A DNA stretch of 64,000 nt from Clostridia bacterium (lineage in GTDB: Bacteria > Bacillota > Clostridia > TANB77 > CAG-508): contig JAAVYF010000051.1 of NCBI GenBank assembly GCA_022790975.1, forward strand, positions 8,334-72,333, read 5' to 3'. Below the pieces are notes generated by a model. The model worked only from the letters and a program-made list of their open reading frames with translations, had not been told where the DNA came from and ran no database searches. This document shows, one piece after another, positions 1 through 10,219 of the stretch (position 1 is its first letter; every line of letters begins with the position of its first letter). A program made the translations under genes and the position numbers.

Positions 1-255
1 TAGTTCATCATTTTGAAAATCTATATCAATTCCATTAATAGTTAAATAACTAATATAATCAGAAACTGCTTCACTAAAAACTTCTATAAATTTAAAATCA
101 GAAGTAATTTGAGAATATTGAGCTCCATTTAATAATATTCCAAATGCTTTACTACTTCTAAAATTATTAGGAGTCATATAATTATATAGTGATTTCATAA
201 GTGGAAAATTTAATGCCTCAAGAGATATGCAATTACATAATATAATTGTATACAT
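1..255 (-). CDS. hypothetical protein, 3' part runs off the window start
   Basis: Open frame on the minus strand from ATG at 255 down to position 1 with no stop. No recognisable motif and a weak RBS. Confidence 0.35.
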   Translation of the reverse strand, partial: MYTIILCNCISLEALNFPLMKSLYNYMTPNNFRSSKAFGILLNGAQYSQITSDFKFIEVFSEAVSDYISYLTINGIDIDFQNDEL

Positions 256-308
256 ATCTAAATCATCAATAGGAGATAATTTAGATTATAGAATTTCTTT
301 ACTTTTGT

Positions 309-560
309 TTATATTGCATTATTTGGTATTTCATTTATTTCAGAAAGCATAGAAGCTAATTGTGTTAACATTATTCTGTCTTGAGTATTTGTAGTAATGT
401 CAAGTGTTTCTAAAGATTCACTATAAATACCTTTATTAAGATAGTTTTTTATTTGCTCTATATCTGAAGTAGATAGATTAGGTTGATTAAGAGTTTGAAG
501 TAAATTTAAATTTTCTTTTCTAAGAGTATCTTTTTTATTATTTAATGCTTCTGTATCCAT
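309..560 (-). CDS. hypothetical protein (83 aa)
   Basis: ORF from the track. Same orientation as the neighbouring genes. No recognisable motif. Confidence 0.4.
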   Translation of the reverse strand: MDTEALNNKKDTLRKENLNLLQTLNQPNLSTSDIEQIKNYLNKGIYSESLETLDITTNTQDRIMLTQLASMLSEINEIPNNAI

Positions 561-584
561 AAATTTTTTCCTTTGCTATAAAAA

Positions 585-1728
585 TTATATATCATCATAA
601 AATTCAGCTAAAAGTATATCACAAATTTCTTTTGTGGCATTAGGTTTTGCTAAACTTATAGACGATTTTTTCATTTTTTCTAATATTTCTGGATGACGAT
701 AAATATTTTTAATAATTCTTGCAATATTGTCATCTTTTTTTATCCAAATGCTACATCCTGAGTTTACTAAAAATTCTGCATTTTCTTCTTCTTGACCAGG
801 AATTGGATTTATTATTATTATTGGTAAATGTGAAGTTAGGCTTTCTGTTATTGTTAATCCACCAGCTTTAGTTACTACACAATCTGAGATTGACATTAAT
901 TCAGGAATCTTTTCTGTATATTCTAATACTTTTATTCTATCTGTAGAATTTGTTTTATCAACTAATTCATTAAAATTTTTATTCATTTTTTTATTTTTTC
1001 CTGAAACAACAACAACTTGTACATCTCTTAGTAATCTAATAATTGCTTTTAAAGTCATGTAAGCAGTATCACGTCCTAATCCAAATTCACCGCCTCCAAA
1101 AAATAATATTGTAAATTTATTTTTATCTAGCCAAAATTCATCATAAATATCATCTAAATCGAAATTTTCTTGAAATCTTTGAGATACAGGAATACCAGTT
1201 ACAAATATTTTATTTTCAGGAATATTTTGGTTTATCATATCTTGTTTCATATTACTATTGGAAACAAAGAAGTAATCTATAAATTCTGGTAAATATAGCC
1301 ATTGATTGTGAATGTGAAAATCAGTCATAATTGTTGCTAATTTACAGTTGATTTTATTTTTCTTTTTTAAATATGCACACATCTGACTGCTAAAAGGATG
1401 TGTTGAAATTATTAAATCAGGTTTTTCTTTTTTTATTAGATTTTTTAATTTTATTGCCATTATTTTATTAGATGTTGTAGATAGTTTAGCTAAAGTTCCG
1501 TCATTTGATTTTGTATAAATCTTTTCCCAAAGATGAGGAGTCTTTTTTGCCATTTCTTTATATGCTTCTGTTGATATTTTGTTTATATATTTATTTATAT
1601 ATTCAATACAATCTATAGATTCTATTTCAACTTCTGGATAATTTTCTGTTATATAATTTTTTATTGATTTTGCTGCTGCAATATGACCGACCACCATAAG
1701 TACCATAAAAAATTAAGATTTTTTTCAA
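585..1728 (-). CDS. MGDG synthase / UgtP-like diacylglycerol glycosyltransferase (GT28 family)
   Basis: Track ORF 585..1706 shows GT28-like features (FFGGGEFGLG, C-terminal GGLTITE). The N-terminus is restored only by starting at TTG 1728 (RBS AAAGGAG upstream) and skipping the C of the in-frame CGG at 1689..1687. This gives KKILIFYGTYGG-G-HIAAAKS, the usual glycine-rich N-terminal motif. Confidence 0.8.
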
Positions 1729-1861
1729 GTTTTTGTAAACTCCTTTCGTTTATTATGTATTTTATATTATATCATTAAAATTTAAATAAATAAACTAAAA
1801 AGTATAATTTTTCTAAAAACGGAAAAAGTAATAAAAATAAAAAAAGAGAGGTATAAATAAA

Positions 1862-3196
1862 ATGAAAAAAAGTCAGGTAATTTTTGTTTCTATATTATTA
1901 TTGCTAGCTTTTGGATTAGGAAGCTATGCTTATGCTATAAGTACGAGGTCTGATACTACTCAGAAAAATTCATATAATTATTCATTTTCAGAACTTGTAA
2001 ATTATGTTAATAATATAGAAAATTATTTAGCTAAAGCTATGATTTCTAAAAGTTCAAAACATTCTGCTAAAACTTTAACAAAAATATGGAATGAAGCAAA
2101 TTTAGCAGTAGTATATATGGAAAATATTCCATTTGATGATAAAGGTACTTCTAAATCTATTAAATTTTTGAATCAGGTAAGTGATTATGCTTATACATTA
2201 TCAAGAAAATCTATAAATGGTGAAGAGTTGTCAAATGATGACTTTGATAATTTAAATAAATTATATAAATATTCTGTGGATTTAAAAAATACAATAAATG
2301 AAATGGCATTAGAATTGAATAATGGAACTTTATCTTGGGATGATTTAGATAATACTTCAAAATTAGCTTTTGCAGATGAAGAGGATATAGATATTTTTGG
2401 TAGTATTGAAAGTAATTTTGATGATTATGAAGGATTAATTTATGATGGAGCATATGCAGATTTTATTGTAAAAAATGAAAAGTTAGGTCTTACAGGTGAT
2501 AATATTGATGCAAATAAAGCTAAAGATAAATTAATAAATATTTTTGGAAAAGATCAAGTTGAAAAAATAGAAGAAAGTGAACAAATGGTAGGAGGAAATA
2601 TTGAGTCATATAATTTTAATGTAAAGTTAAAAAGTCGTCAAAATCCTATGGATATACAAATTTCTAAAAAAGGTGGATGGATTATTTCAATAGTAGAAAA
2701 TAGAGATGTTAAAGAAGAAAAAATTTCAGAAGAAGATGCTATAAAAAAAGGTAAAGATTTCCTAAATTTAATAGGATATGAAAATATGAAAGAAACGTAT
2801 TCTTTAAAACAATCTAATATTGTAACTATAAATTATGCTTATGAAGAAAATGATATTTTAATGTATCCAGACTTAATAAAAGTTAAAATTGCTTTAGATG
2901 ATGGAGAAGTTTTAGGAATTGAAGCTACGGGATATTTAAATGCCCATACTAATAGAGCCAATTTGGAAGTAAAAATAAACTCAGAAGAAGCAAAGAAATT
3001 TTTAAATGATAAATTAGAAATTGAAAATGAAAGGCTTACAGTAATTCCATTAGATAATAATAAAGAAGTTTTTTGTTATGAGTTTAAAGGTAAAGTAGAA
3101 GATAGAGAATTTTTAGTTTATATAAATGCAGTTACAGGTGAGGAAGAAGAAATATTAGTTTTACTTGAAACAGAAGGCGGTACACTAACAATTTAG
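1862..3196 (+). CDS. ypeB: germination protein YpeB
   Basis: 444 aa with an N-terminal TM segment and C-terminal PepSY-like repeats. The layout and sequence resemble YpeB family spore germination proteins. Confidence 0.75.
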   Translation: MKKSQVIFVSILLLLAFGLGSYAYAISTRSDTTQKNSYNYSFSELVNYVNNIENYLAKAMISKSSKHSAKTLTKIWNEANLAVVYMENIPFDDKGTSKSIKFLNQVSDYAYTLSRKSINGEELSNDDFDNLNKLYKYSVDLKNTINEMALELNNGTLSWDDLDNTSKLAFADEEDIDIFGSIESNFDDYEGLIYDGAYADFIVKNEKLGLTGDNIDANKAKDKLINIFGKDQVEKIEESEQMVGGNIESYNFNVKLKSRQNPMDIQISKKGGWIISIVENRDVKEEKISEEDAIKKGKDFLNLIGYENMKETYSLKQSNIVTINYAYEENDILMYPDLIKVKIALDDGEVLGIEATGYLNAHTNRANLEVKINSEEAKKFLNDKLEIENERLTVIPLDNNKEVFCYEFKGKVEDREFLVYINAVTGEEEEILVLLETEGGTLTI

Positions 3197-3258
3197 TTGA
3201 TTTTATAAAGAAAATAGTGTATAATTAAAACTATTAAATATATAATGGAGGGAAAAAT

Positions 3259-3633
3259 ATGAAGGCAGATGTTGAAATAGCTATAAAAAAGAAGTTCTTT
3301 TCTGCTCCAACTCCTCAGTTAATTATAGAGGAAATAAACCGGAGGCTAGCAGAGGTAGACATGCCACAAGTAAATGTGAATGTAGTGCAAGTTATAAAGA
3401 AAAACTGCAAATGCGACAGTTACATGCTGTATCCAGGCTTAAGGTTTCTTTTGGCTAGAAACAATTTCTTAAAGTCTTGGAACGCAGATAGCTTTACATG
3501 TTTTCAGCTTTCCAAGGGCAACAGATACTATAAGAAAGTGGATAAGTTTAATCCGAATAAATCTGCTGTGTTTGTAAATGAGAATGGGGTTGTATTTAGA
3601 TACAATGCTAATTTCTTATCAAGGCAGAGTTAA
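3259..3633 (+). CDS. hypothetical protein in a GC-richer islet; contains an ordinary in-frame CGG
   Basis: 124-aa ORF with RBS GGAGGG 7 nt upstream and a TTGATT-17-TATAAT promoter-like sequence, followed by a strong hairpin terminator. Codon usage (CTG, GTG, CAG, CCG) is atypical for the window. The in-frame CGG at 3340 does not require a frame change. Confidence 0.55.
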   Translation: MKADVEIAIKKKFFSAPTPQLIIEEINRRLAEVDMPQVNVNVVQVIKKNCKCDSYMLYPGLRFLLARNNFLKSWNADSFTCFQLSKGNRYYKKVDKFNPNKSAVFVNENGVVFRYNANFLSRQS

Positions 3634-3636
3634 AAA

Positions 3637-3678
3637 GCAAACTGCTCCAGTGTTTGAAAGCACTGGGGCAGTTTGTTT
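3637..3678 (+). terminator. intrinsic terminator
   Basis: 16-bp stem with one mismatch (GCAAACTGCTCCAGTG / CACTGGGGCAGTTTGT) and an 8-nt loop, immediately after the stop of the 3259..3633 ORF. Confidence 0.7.
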
Positions 3679-3801
3679 CAAATTTGTATTATTTCTCTTG
3701 AAAATATAATAAAAATGTTATATTATATTAGCATTAACAAAAACTAATAATTTGAATAAATTATAGTAAGATATATGTGAAACTTCACATAAAATAAAGA
3801 G

Positions 3802-4581
3802 GTGAAAATTTTGCAAATAAAAATTAAAAACTGGAATATTAATTACGAAACTTATGGTAAAGGAGAGCCCATAATTTTACTTCATGGTTGGCTTACAGAT
3901 TTAGAATCAATGAAACCGCTTACAACTAATTTAGTAAAAAACTTTAAAGTGTATCTAGTTGATGTCGTAGGATTTGGTAAAAGCGATTTACCAGAAGAAC
4001 CTTTGAATTCAAATGACTTTTCTGAATTTTTAAAAGAGTTTATAGAAAAGTTAAATATAGAAAATCCAGTTTTAATAGGACATTCTAATGGTGGCAGAAT
4101 TATTATAAATAGTGTGGGAAATGGTTTAGTTAAAGCAAAAAAAATTGTATTAATTGATAGTGCAGGAATTAAACCAAAAAGAAGTAAAGAATATTATATT
4201 AAACTTGCTGTATATAAAACAGGAAAAGCATTCTTAAATTTACTTCCAAATACCAAAAGTATAAAAAAAATAAAAGAAAATCTTAGAAATAATGTTGGCT
4301 CTGCAGATTATAAGGCTTCTCCAATAGTATTAAAAGACACAATGAAAATAATTCTTAATGAAGATGTTAAAGATATTTTGCCTAATATAAAAGTTCCAAC
4401 TTTATTAATATGGGGAACTTTAGATGATGCTACTCCAATTAGTGATGCAAAAATAATGGAAAAATTGATTCCAAATTGTGGATTAGTTGAGTATCCATAT
4501 GGTACACATTTTTCTTATTTAGAAAATATTGAAAACTGTAAATTAGTTTTAGATTCTTTTTTAAATAATGAAGATAAATAA
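3802..4581 (+). CDS. alpha/beta hydrolase fold protein
   Basis: GTG start. HGW oxyanion region, the nucleophile elbow GHSNGG, and a C-terminal Asp/His region typical of alpha/beta hydrolases. Confidence 0.8.
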   Translation: MKILQIKIKNWNINYETYGKGEPIILLHGWLTDLESMKPLTTNLVKNFKVYLVDVVGFGKSDLPEEPLNSNDFSEFLKEFIEKLNIENPVLIGHSNGGRIIINSVGNGLVKAKKIVLIDSAGIKPKRSKEYYIKLAVYKTGKAFLNLLPNTKSIKKIKENLRNNVGSADYKASPIVLKDTMKIILNEDVKDILPNIKVPTLLIWGTLDDATPISDAKIMEKLIPNCGLVEYPYGTHFSYLENIENCKLVLDSFLNNEDK

Positions 4582-4608
4582 TTATCAATTTGTTGAGGTG
4601 AAAAAATA

Positions 4609-6174
4609 ATGACATATTATTTAATAAATATAATTTTCATTTTGTTTTTAATATATTTTTTGAGAACAAATAGGCATGGTTTGCATATGTTTCAACTAGA
4701 ACATTATTATAAAGATAGATATATAAAATGGATGAAAGAAAATAGTAAAGAAATTTTTAATATAAAGAAAATTATTTTACTTTTAATTTCAAGTATAATA
4801 TTTTTAGTTAGATATGAAACAATTGGTATAGTTTTAACTGTTCTTACATATATACTTTTAAATTTTACTATTCATAGGAGAAAAGAAAAAAAAGCATTTA
4901 TTATTACAAAAAGAGTTAAAAGACAATTTATAACATATGGTATTTTAATAGTTTTATTAGGAATGTTAGTAAATATATTTAAAGATAGTTTTGCGATTAT
5001 TGTATTAAATTGTTTTGCAATGGTTAGCTATATTTTTGTTTATATAGTTGCTTTTATTAATACACCAATTGAAACTTTTATAAACAATAAATTTTGCAAA
5101 AATGCTACTAAGAAAATAAAATCAATTCCAGAATTTACGGTTGTTGGTATTACTGGGAGCTATGGTAAAACAAGTACAAAATATATTGTAAATACAATTT
5201 TATCTCAAAAATATAATACATTAATGACCCCAGAAAGTTACAATACTACAATGGGAGTTGTAAAAACTATTAACGATAATTTAAAACCTATACATCAATT
5301 ATTTGTTTGTGAAATGGGTGCTAAATATATAGGTGATATAAAAGAAATTTGTGATATAGTTCATCCAAATATAGGAATAGTTACAGCTATTGGTCCTCAA
5401 CATTTAGATACATTTAAATCTGTTGAAAATGTTGCAAAAACAAAATTAGAATTAGTTGATTCTCTTCCAGATGACACAGGATTAGCATTTGTTAATTGGG
5501 AAGATGAAAATATTAGAAAAGCAAAAATTAGTAAAAATGTAGTGAAATATGGATTAAATAAAAATGCAGATTATTATGCAGATAATATTCAAATTACAGA
5601 AAAAGGTTCAAATTTTAATGTTGTAATGCCAAATGGTAAAAAGATTAATGTTAAAACTAAATTATTAGGTAATTTGAATGTTTTAAATATTGTAGTCGGT
5701 GTAGCAATTGCTGATAAATTAGGACTTTCAGAAGAGCAAATAAAAATGGGAGTTAAATTTATAAAACCAGTTGAACATAGATTAGAATTAAGACCAAATC
5801 CAAATGGCAGTATAATTATAGATGATTCATATAATTCAAATAATAGAGGTGCCAAAATGGCTTTGGAAGTACTTGGCTCATTTAAAGGTAGACAGAGAAT
5901 TTTAATAACACCAGGAATTGTAGAATTAGGTGATAAATCTTATGAAATAAATAAAGAACTTGGATTTGAAGCTACTAAACATAGTGATTTTATTATTTTA
6001 GTAGGAGAAAAGCAGGCAGGTCCAATGTTAGATGGTTTAAAAGAAGCAAAATATCCAAAAAGTAAAACTATGGTAGCAAAAAATTTAGATGAAGCTATTA
6101 AAAAAATGTATGAATTAATGGATTCAAATACAGTAGTTCTTTTAGAAAACGATTTACCAGATAATTATTTATAA
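4609..6174 (+). CDS. murF: Mur ligase family, MurF-like (UDP-MurNAc-tripeptide--D-Ala-D-Ala ligase) with N-terminal polytopic membrane extension
   Basis: Mur ligase P-loop GITGSYGKTSTK, DDSYNSN and HRLE motifs, adjacent to ddl. The first ~150 aa are several hydrophobic helices instead of the usual MurF domain 1. Confidence 0.75.
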   Translation: MTYYLINIIFILFLIYFLRTNRHGLHMFQLEHYYKDRYIKWMKENSKEIFNIKKIILLLISSIIFLVRYETIGIVLTVLTYILLNFTIHRRKEKKAFIITKRVKRQFITYGILIVLLGMLVNIFKDSFAIIVLNCFAMVSYIFVYIVAFINTPIETFINNKFCKNATKKIKSIPEFTVVGITGSYGKTSTKYIVNTILSQKYNTLMTPESYNTTMGVVKTINDNLKPIHQLFVCEMGAKYIGDIKEICDIVHPNIGIVTAIGPQHLDTFKSVENVAKTKLELVDSLPDDTGLAFVNWEDENIRKAKISKNVVKYGLNKNADYYADNIQITEKGSNFNVVMPNGKKINVKTKLLGNLNVLNIVVGVAIADKLGLSEEQIKMGVKFIKPVEHRLELRPNPNGSIIIDDSYNSNNRGAKMALEVLGSFKGRQRILITPGIVELGDKSYEINKELGFEATKHSDFIILVGEKQAGPMLDGLKEAKYPKSKTMVAKNLDEAIKKMYELMDSNTVVLLENDLPDNYL

Positions 6175-6295
6175 AATAAAAATTGTGAATTATATAATTT
6201 TCTCATTTTAAAGTATAATAAAATTATAAAAATTATAACACTTTTTTGAAATGTTTAGTGTTGTGAATTATTGAATAAAAGGAGATAAATAAGAT

Positions 6296-7534
6296 ATGAA
6301 AATAAAGTTAGGCGTATTTTTTGGTGGAAAATCTGTTGAACATGAAATTTCAATAATTTCAATGATTGAAGCCACATTAAGACTTGATGAAGAAAAATAT
6401 GAAATAGTTCCAATATATATTGCAAAAACAGGAGAAATGTATACAGGAGAAGATTTATTGGATTTAGAAATGTATAGAGATATGGATGTATTACTTAAAA
6501 GATGTTACAAAGTAGCAGTAATAAGAGATGGTAAAAAAATCAATGTTGTTAGAGTACCAGCTCCACTTATTGGAAAAAGCATATTAAATACAATTGATGT
6601 TGCATTTCCAATAGTACATGGAACAAATTGCGAAGATGGAAGTGTTGCTGGATTTTTAAATTTATTAGATATTCCTTATGTTGGACCAGATATTTTAGCT
6701 TCTAGTGTTGGTATGGATAAAATAGTAATGAAAAAAGTTTTAAAAGAATCTGGATTACCAGTTGTTGACTATATTGGATTTTATTCAAAAGAATACATAA
6801 AAGATGAAGATAAAATTTTAAATGAAATTAATGAAAAGCTTAAATATCCATTAATTGTAAAGCCTGGAAATTTAGGTTCTAGTGTAGGTATAAAAAAAGT
6901 AAAAGATAAAGTAGAATTAGAAGAAGCAATTTTATTTGCAATGGAATTTGCAGATAGAATTATTGTAGAAAATTGTGTTTCAAAACTTAAAGAAATAAAC
7001 TGTGCAGTAATTGGAAATATTACAGAAAGTACAGCAACAGAGTGTGAAGAGCCTATACTTGCAGGTGAGATTTTAAGCTATACAGATAAATATGTTGGAG
7101 ATAGAAAAACAAAAGGTGGAAAATTAGGAAAAGTTGGACCAAGAAAAGGTGGTAAATTAGGAGCTAGAAAGGGCGGAACAGGAGGAGTAAATAATAGTAC
7201 AGAAGGCAAAAAACTTCCAGCAGATATTCCAAATGATGTACGTGATGAAATTCAAAATTTAGCTAAAGAAACTTTCAAAGTTTTAGGTTGTAGTGGTATT
7301 TCAAGAATAGATTTTTTAATTGATGAAGAAATTAATAAAATTTATGTGAATGAGATTAATACAATTCCAGGTGCCTTATCATGGTATTTATTTGAGGCAA
7401 GTGGAAGAAAATTTGAAGATGTTTTAGAAGAGGCAATAAATATTGCTATAAAACGTCATTCAGATAGAGAAAAAATAACTTTTTCTTATGACCAAAATAT
7501 TTTAGCTTTAACTGGTGGAGTTAAAAGAAATTAA
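6296..7534 (+). CDS. ddl: D-alanine--D-alanine ligase with Gly/Lys-rich insertion
   Basis: Ddl signature (FGGKSVEHEISI, ATP-grasp, EINTIPG). About 40 extra residues lie at about nt 7100..7215 and contain a duplicated KGGKLG unit. Confidence 0.9.
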   Translation: MKIKLGVFFGGKSVEHEISIISMIEATLRLDEEKYEIVPIYIAKTGEMYTGEDLLDLEMYRDMDVLLKRCYKVAVIRDGKKINVVRVPAPLIGKSILNTIDVAFPIVHGTNCEDGSVAGFLNLLDIPYVGPDILASSVGMDKIVMKKVLKESGLPVVDYIGFYSKEYIKDEDKILNEINEKLKYPLIVKPGNLGSSVGIKKVKDKVELEEAILFAMEFADRIIVENCVSKLKEINCAVIGNITESTATECEEPILAGEILSYTDKYVGDRKTKGGKLGKVGPRKGGKLGARKGGTGGVNNSTEGKKLPADIPNDVRDEIQNLAKETFKVLGCSGISRIDFLIDEEINKIYVNEINTIPGALSWYLFEASGRKFEDVLEEAINIAIKRHSDREKITFSYDQNILALTGGVKRN

Positions 7535-7540
7535 TATAAA

Positions 7541-7580
7541 AAAGGAGTCTTATAAATTTTGTTTAATAAGATTCCTTTTT
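7541..7580 (+). terminator. intrinsic terminator after ddl
   Basis: Hairpin AAAGGAGTCTTAT / ATAAGATTCCTTT followed by a T-run. Confidence 0.6.
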
Positions 7581-7935
7581 TGCCTAATGAAAACCTCATG
7601 TAATATGAAGTGATAAAATTAAATTTATTTTTATTTTATCACTTCATTATACTTGGAAATAATTATTTAAAGTGATGTTCCTATTATATATTTTTAATAA
7701 AATATAATATATTACCTTCTATATTTTTGTTGATTTTATGTATAATATGCACACATATATTATTAAAAATATTTTGTTATGTTAATTATGTTAATATAAT
7801 TTTTATTTTAAATTTTCTTAAATAAATAGTAAAATTAAATTAAATTAAATAATTACTTGTTTAATTGAGTATGAAGTTATATAATAATTTTACTATTAAG
7901 GTTATTAATTAATTGAAAAATAATGAGGGAATAAA

Positions 7936-8515
7936 ATGATAGAATATAACGAATTATATAATGATGTTAAGAATGCTTTATCTGAAAAGAGATTTAAACA
8001 TACAGAAGGTGTTGAAAAAAGAGCTATTGAATATGCAAAAGTTTATAATGTTGATGTAGAAAAAGCAAGATTTGCAGCTATTTGTCATGATATAGCAAAA
8101 GAAATGTCTTTAGAAGAAAGCTATAAAATTTTAGAAAAAAATGGAGTACTTCTTGATGATATAGAAAAGAAAAATTTTAATTTGATTCATGCTAAAGTAG
8201 GTGCTGTAATTGCCAAAAATAAATATAATTTAGAAGAAGAAATAGTAAGTTCTATTAAGTTTCATACAACTGGTAAAGAGAATATGACTATTTTAGAAAA
8301 AATTATTTATTTAGCAGATGCTACAGAACCACGGAAGAGATTATATGAAAAATCCAAATGAACTTTCATTAGAAGAACTTGTTGAGCTTATAAAAAAAGA
8401 TATTGATAAAGGTTTAGCATATACTTTAAAATGGAATTTGGAATCTATTTTAAGAAGAAATTTATTTATACATTTAGATACAGTGAAAGCTTATAATTAT
8501 TATAAAAATATTTAG
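7936..8515 (+). CDS. yqeK: HD-domain bis(5'-nucleosyl)-tetraphosphatase YqeK
   Basis: Track ORFs 7936..8361 and 8318..8515 join if the C of in-frame CGG 8332 is skipped. This gives YLADATEP-G-RDYMK, matching the conserved EPGR motif of YqeK. The HD motif (CHDIAK) is present. Confidence 0.8.
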
Positions 8516-8664
8516 TTTAAAATTATAATTAATAAAAATACAAAATTTTAATAGTTATAATTTAATTTTTGTAAAAAACTTATGAATTATGTTAAATATC
8601 TATTCACAAAAAAAAGAATATTTGATATAATGCAATTGAATTTTTAGGTTCGGGGGATGTTTAA

Positions 8665-9547
8665 ATGATATTCAAAGATTATTATAAGATACTAGGATTA
8701 GAAACTAATAAAGTTTCTTTGAATGAGATAAAAGTTGCTTATAAAGAACAAGCTAAAAAATATCATCCAGATGTTAATGGTGGAAGTAAGCAATTTGAAG
8801 AAAGATTTAAAGATATAAATGAAGCATATAATATATTGTCAAATGCTATAAGTAAAAGAAAATATGATAGAACATGGAATAATCATGTTGGAAAAAAACA
8901 AAGAAATAAAGCATATCAAGCTAAAAGTGACAAAGAAGTTATTTGGAAAATGTTTTTTGGAAATACATTTTCTAAAAAGAATGAACCTAAAAGAAAAAAT
9001 GTAGCTAGAGGAGAAAATATAGAAACAGAAATAAATATATCTTTAGAAGATGCATTCAAAGGTAATGAAAAATCAATAGGATTAAGAACTGTAGAGCGGA
9101 AATATAAAAACTTTTAAAATTAGTGTACCAGCAGGAATTCAAAATAATGAAAAAATTAGACTTATTGGTCAAGGAAAAAGAGGAACTGGTGGAGCTAAAA
9201 ATGGAGATTTATTTATAAAAGTAAAAATTGATGATGATGAAAATTTTAGATTAGATGGATTTGATTTAAGAACTGATTTATATCTAACTCCATGGGAAGC
9301 AGCATTAAGTACAAAAGTTAATGTTAAAACTATTGATGAAGAATTATCTGTTTATATTCCATCTGGTATTCAAAGTGGTGATGAGATAAAAATAGAAAAT
9401 AAAGGATATAAAGATGGAAAAGGAGGAAGAGGTAATTTAATTTTAGAAACTAAAATTATGGTTCCTAAAAATATGAGTGATGAAGAACAAAAACTATTTA
9501 AGCAATTAAAAAAAGAATCAAGATTCAATCCAAGGAGTATAGCTTAA
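8665..9547 (+). CDS. J-domain protein, CbpA/DnaJ-like without zinc finger
   Basis: J domain with HPD (YHPDVN). The track ORF stops at 9117, but skipping the C of in-frame CGG 9097 continues into a typical DnaJ C-terminal domain (GNIKTFKISVPAGIQNNEKIRLIGQGKRG...) ending at 9547. Confidence 0.8.
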
Positions 9548-9573
9548 ATAGTTAACATAAATTTGAAAATTCA

Positions 9574-9602
9574 TTGACATAATTAGCTTTGTATTATATA
9601 AT
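9574..9602 (+). promoter_or_regulatory. sigma-A-like promoter
   Basis: TTGACA, 17-nt spacer, TATAAT, about 60 nt upstream of the 9663 ORF. Confidence 0.45.
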
Positions 9603-9662
9603 ATATAAGGTAATTTGGACAAATGAAAAATGACATTTAAGAATGTAAGAGGGGTGTAAAAT

Positions 9663-10196
9663 ATGGACGAATTAGATGATGTTCAAGGAAAGTATTTTAG
9701 TATTACTGATCCAAAAGATGTAAATACAGTAATATACCAAATTAACAGAACAGAAAAAGAATTTTTAAAAACTTCGCCTAGATACACAGTAGAGAGGCTG
9801 GATTGTGCAGTCGAATTTGTTGGAGATAAGAGCAAAAAAACATTTTTTGTAGATAATCCTGCACCATTTGGAAATTATTTAGCAATATTTTCTTTTGGAA
9901 AAGAGAGAGTTGTTGTTAATATGGGGTATTTAGATCATGATAGAGTAAGGATTTCTAAGAAGCCTGCTCCTTTAAAAATTCAAACATTATACAATGAAAA
10001 AGAAACAGAATATAATGAATTTGCGTATACACCAAATATGAAGCGTCAAATTTCTATTATAGATTTAGAAACAACAGAAGAAATTAAACCAATGTTGTAT
10101 TTTGATGAAGATGCAAATGAGGTTAAGGGAAAATGTAAATTAAAACCATATAAAAAATATTTTGCATTTGAAGTTAGACCAAAAAAGATTAAGTAG
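9663..10196 (+). CDS. hypothetical protein
   Basis: 177-aa ORF with an RBS-like GAGGGG upstream. No recognisable motif. Co-oriented with the downstream TraG-like gene. Confidence 0.5.
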   Translation: MDELDDVQGKYFSITDPKDVNTVIYQINRTEKEFLKTSPRYTVERLDCAVEFVGDKSKKTFFVDNPAPFGNYLAIFSFGKERVVVNMGYLDHDRVRISKKPAPLKIQTLYNEKETEYNEFAYTPNMKRQISIIDLETTEEIKPMLYFDEDANEVKGKCKLKPYKKYFAFEVRPKKIK

Positions 10197-10219
10197 TAGT
10201 GCATGAAAGGAGATTAAAT

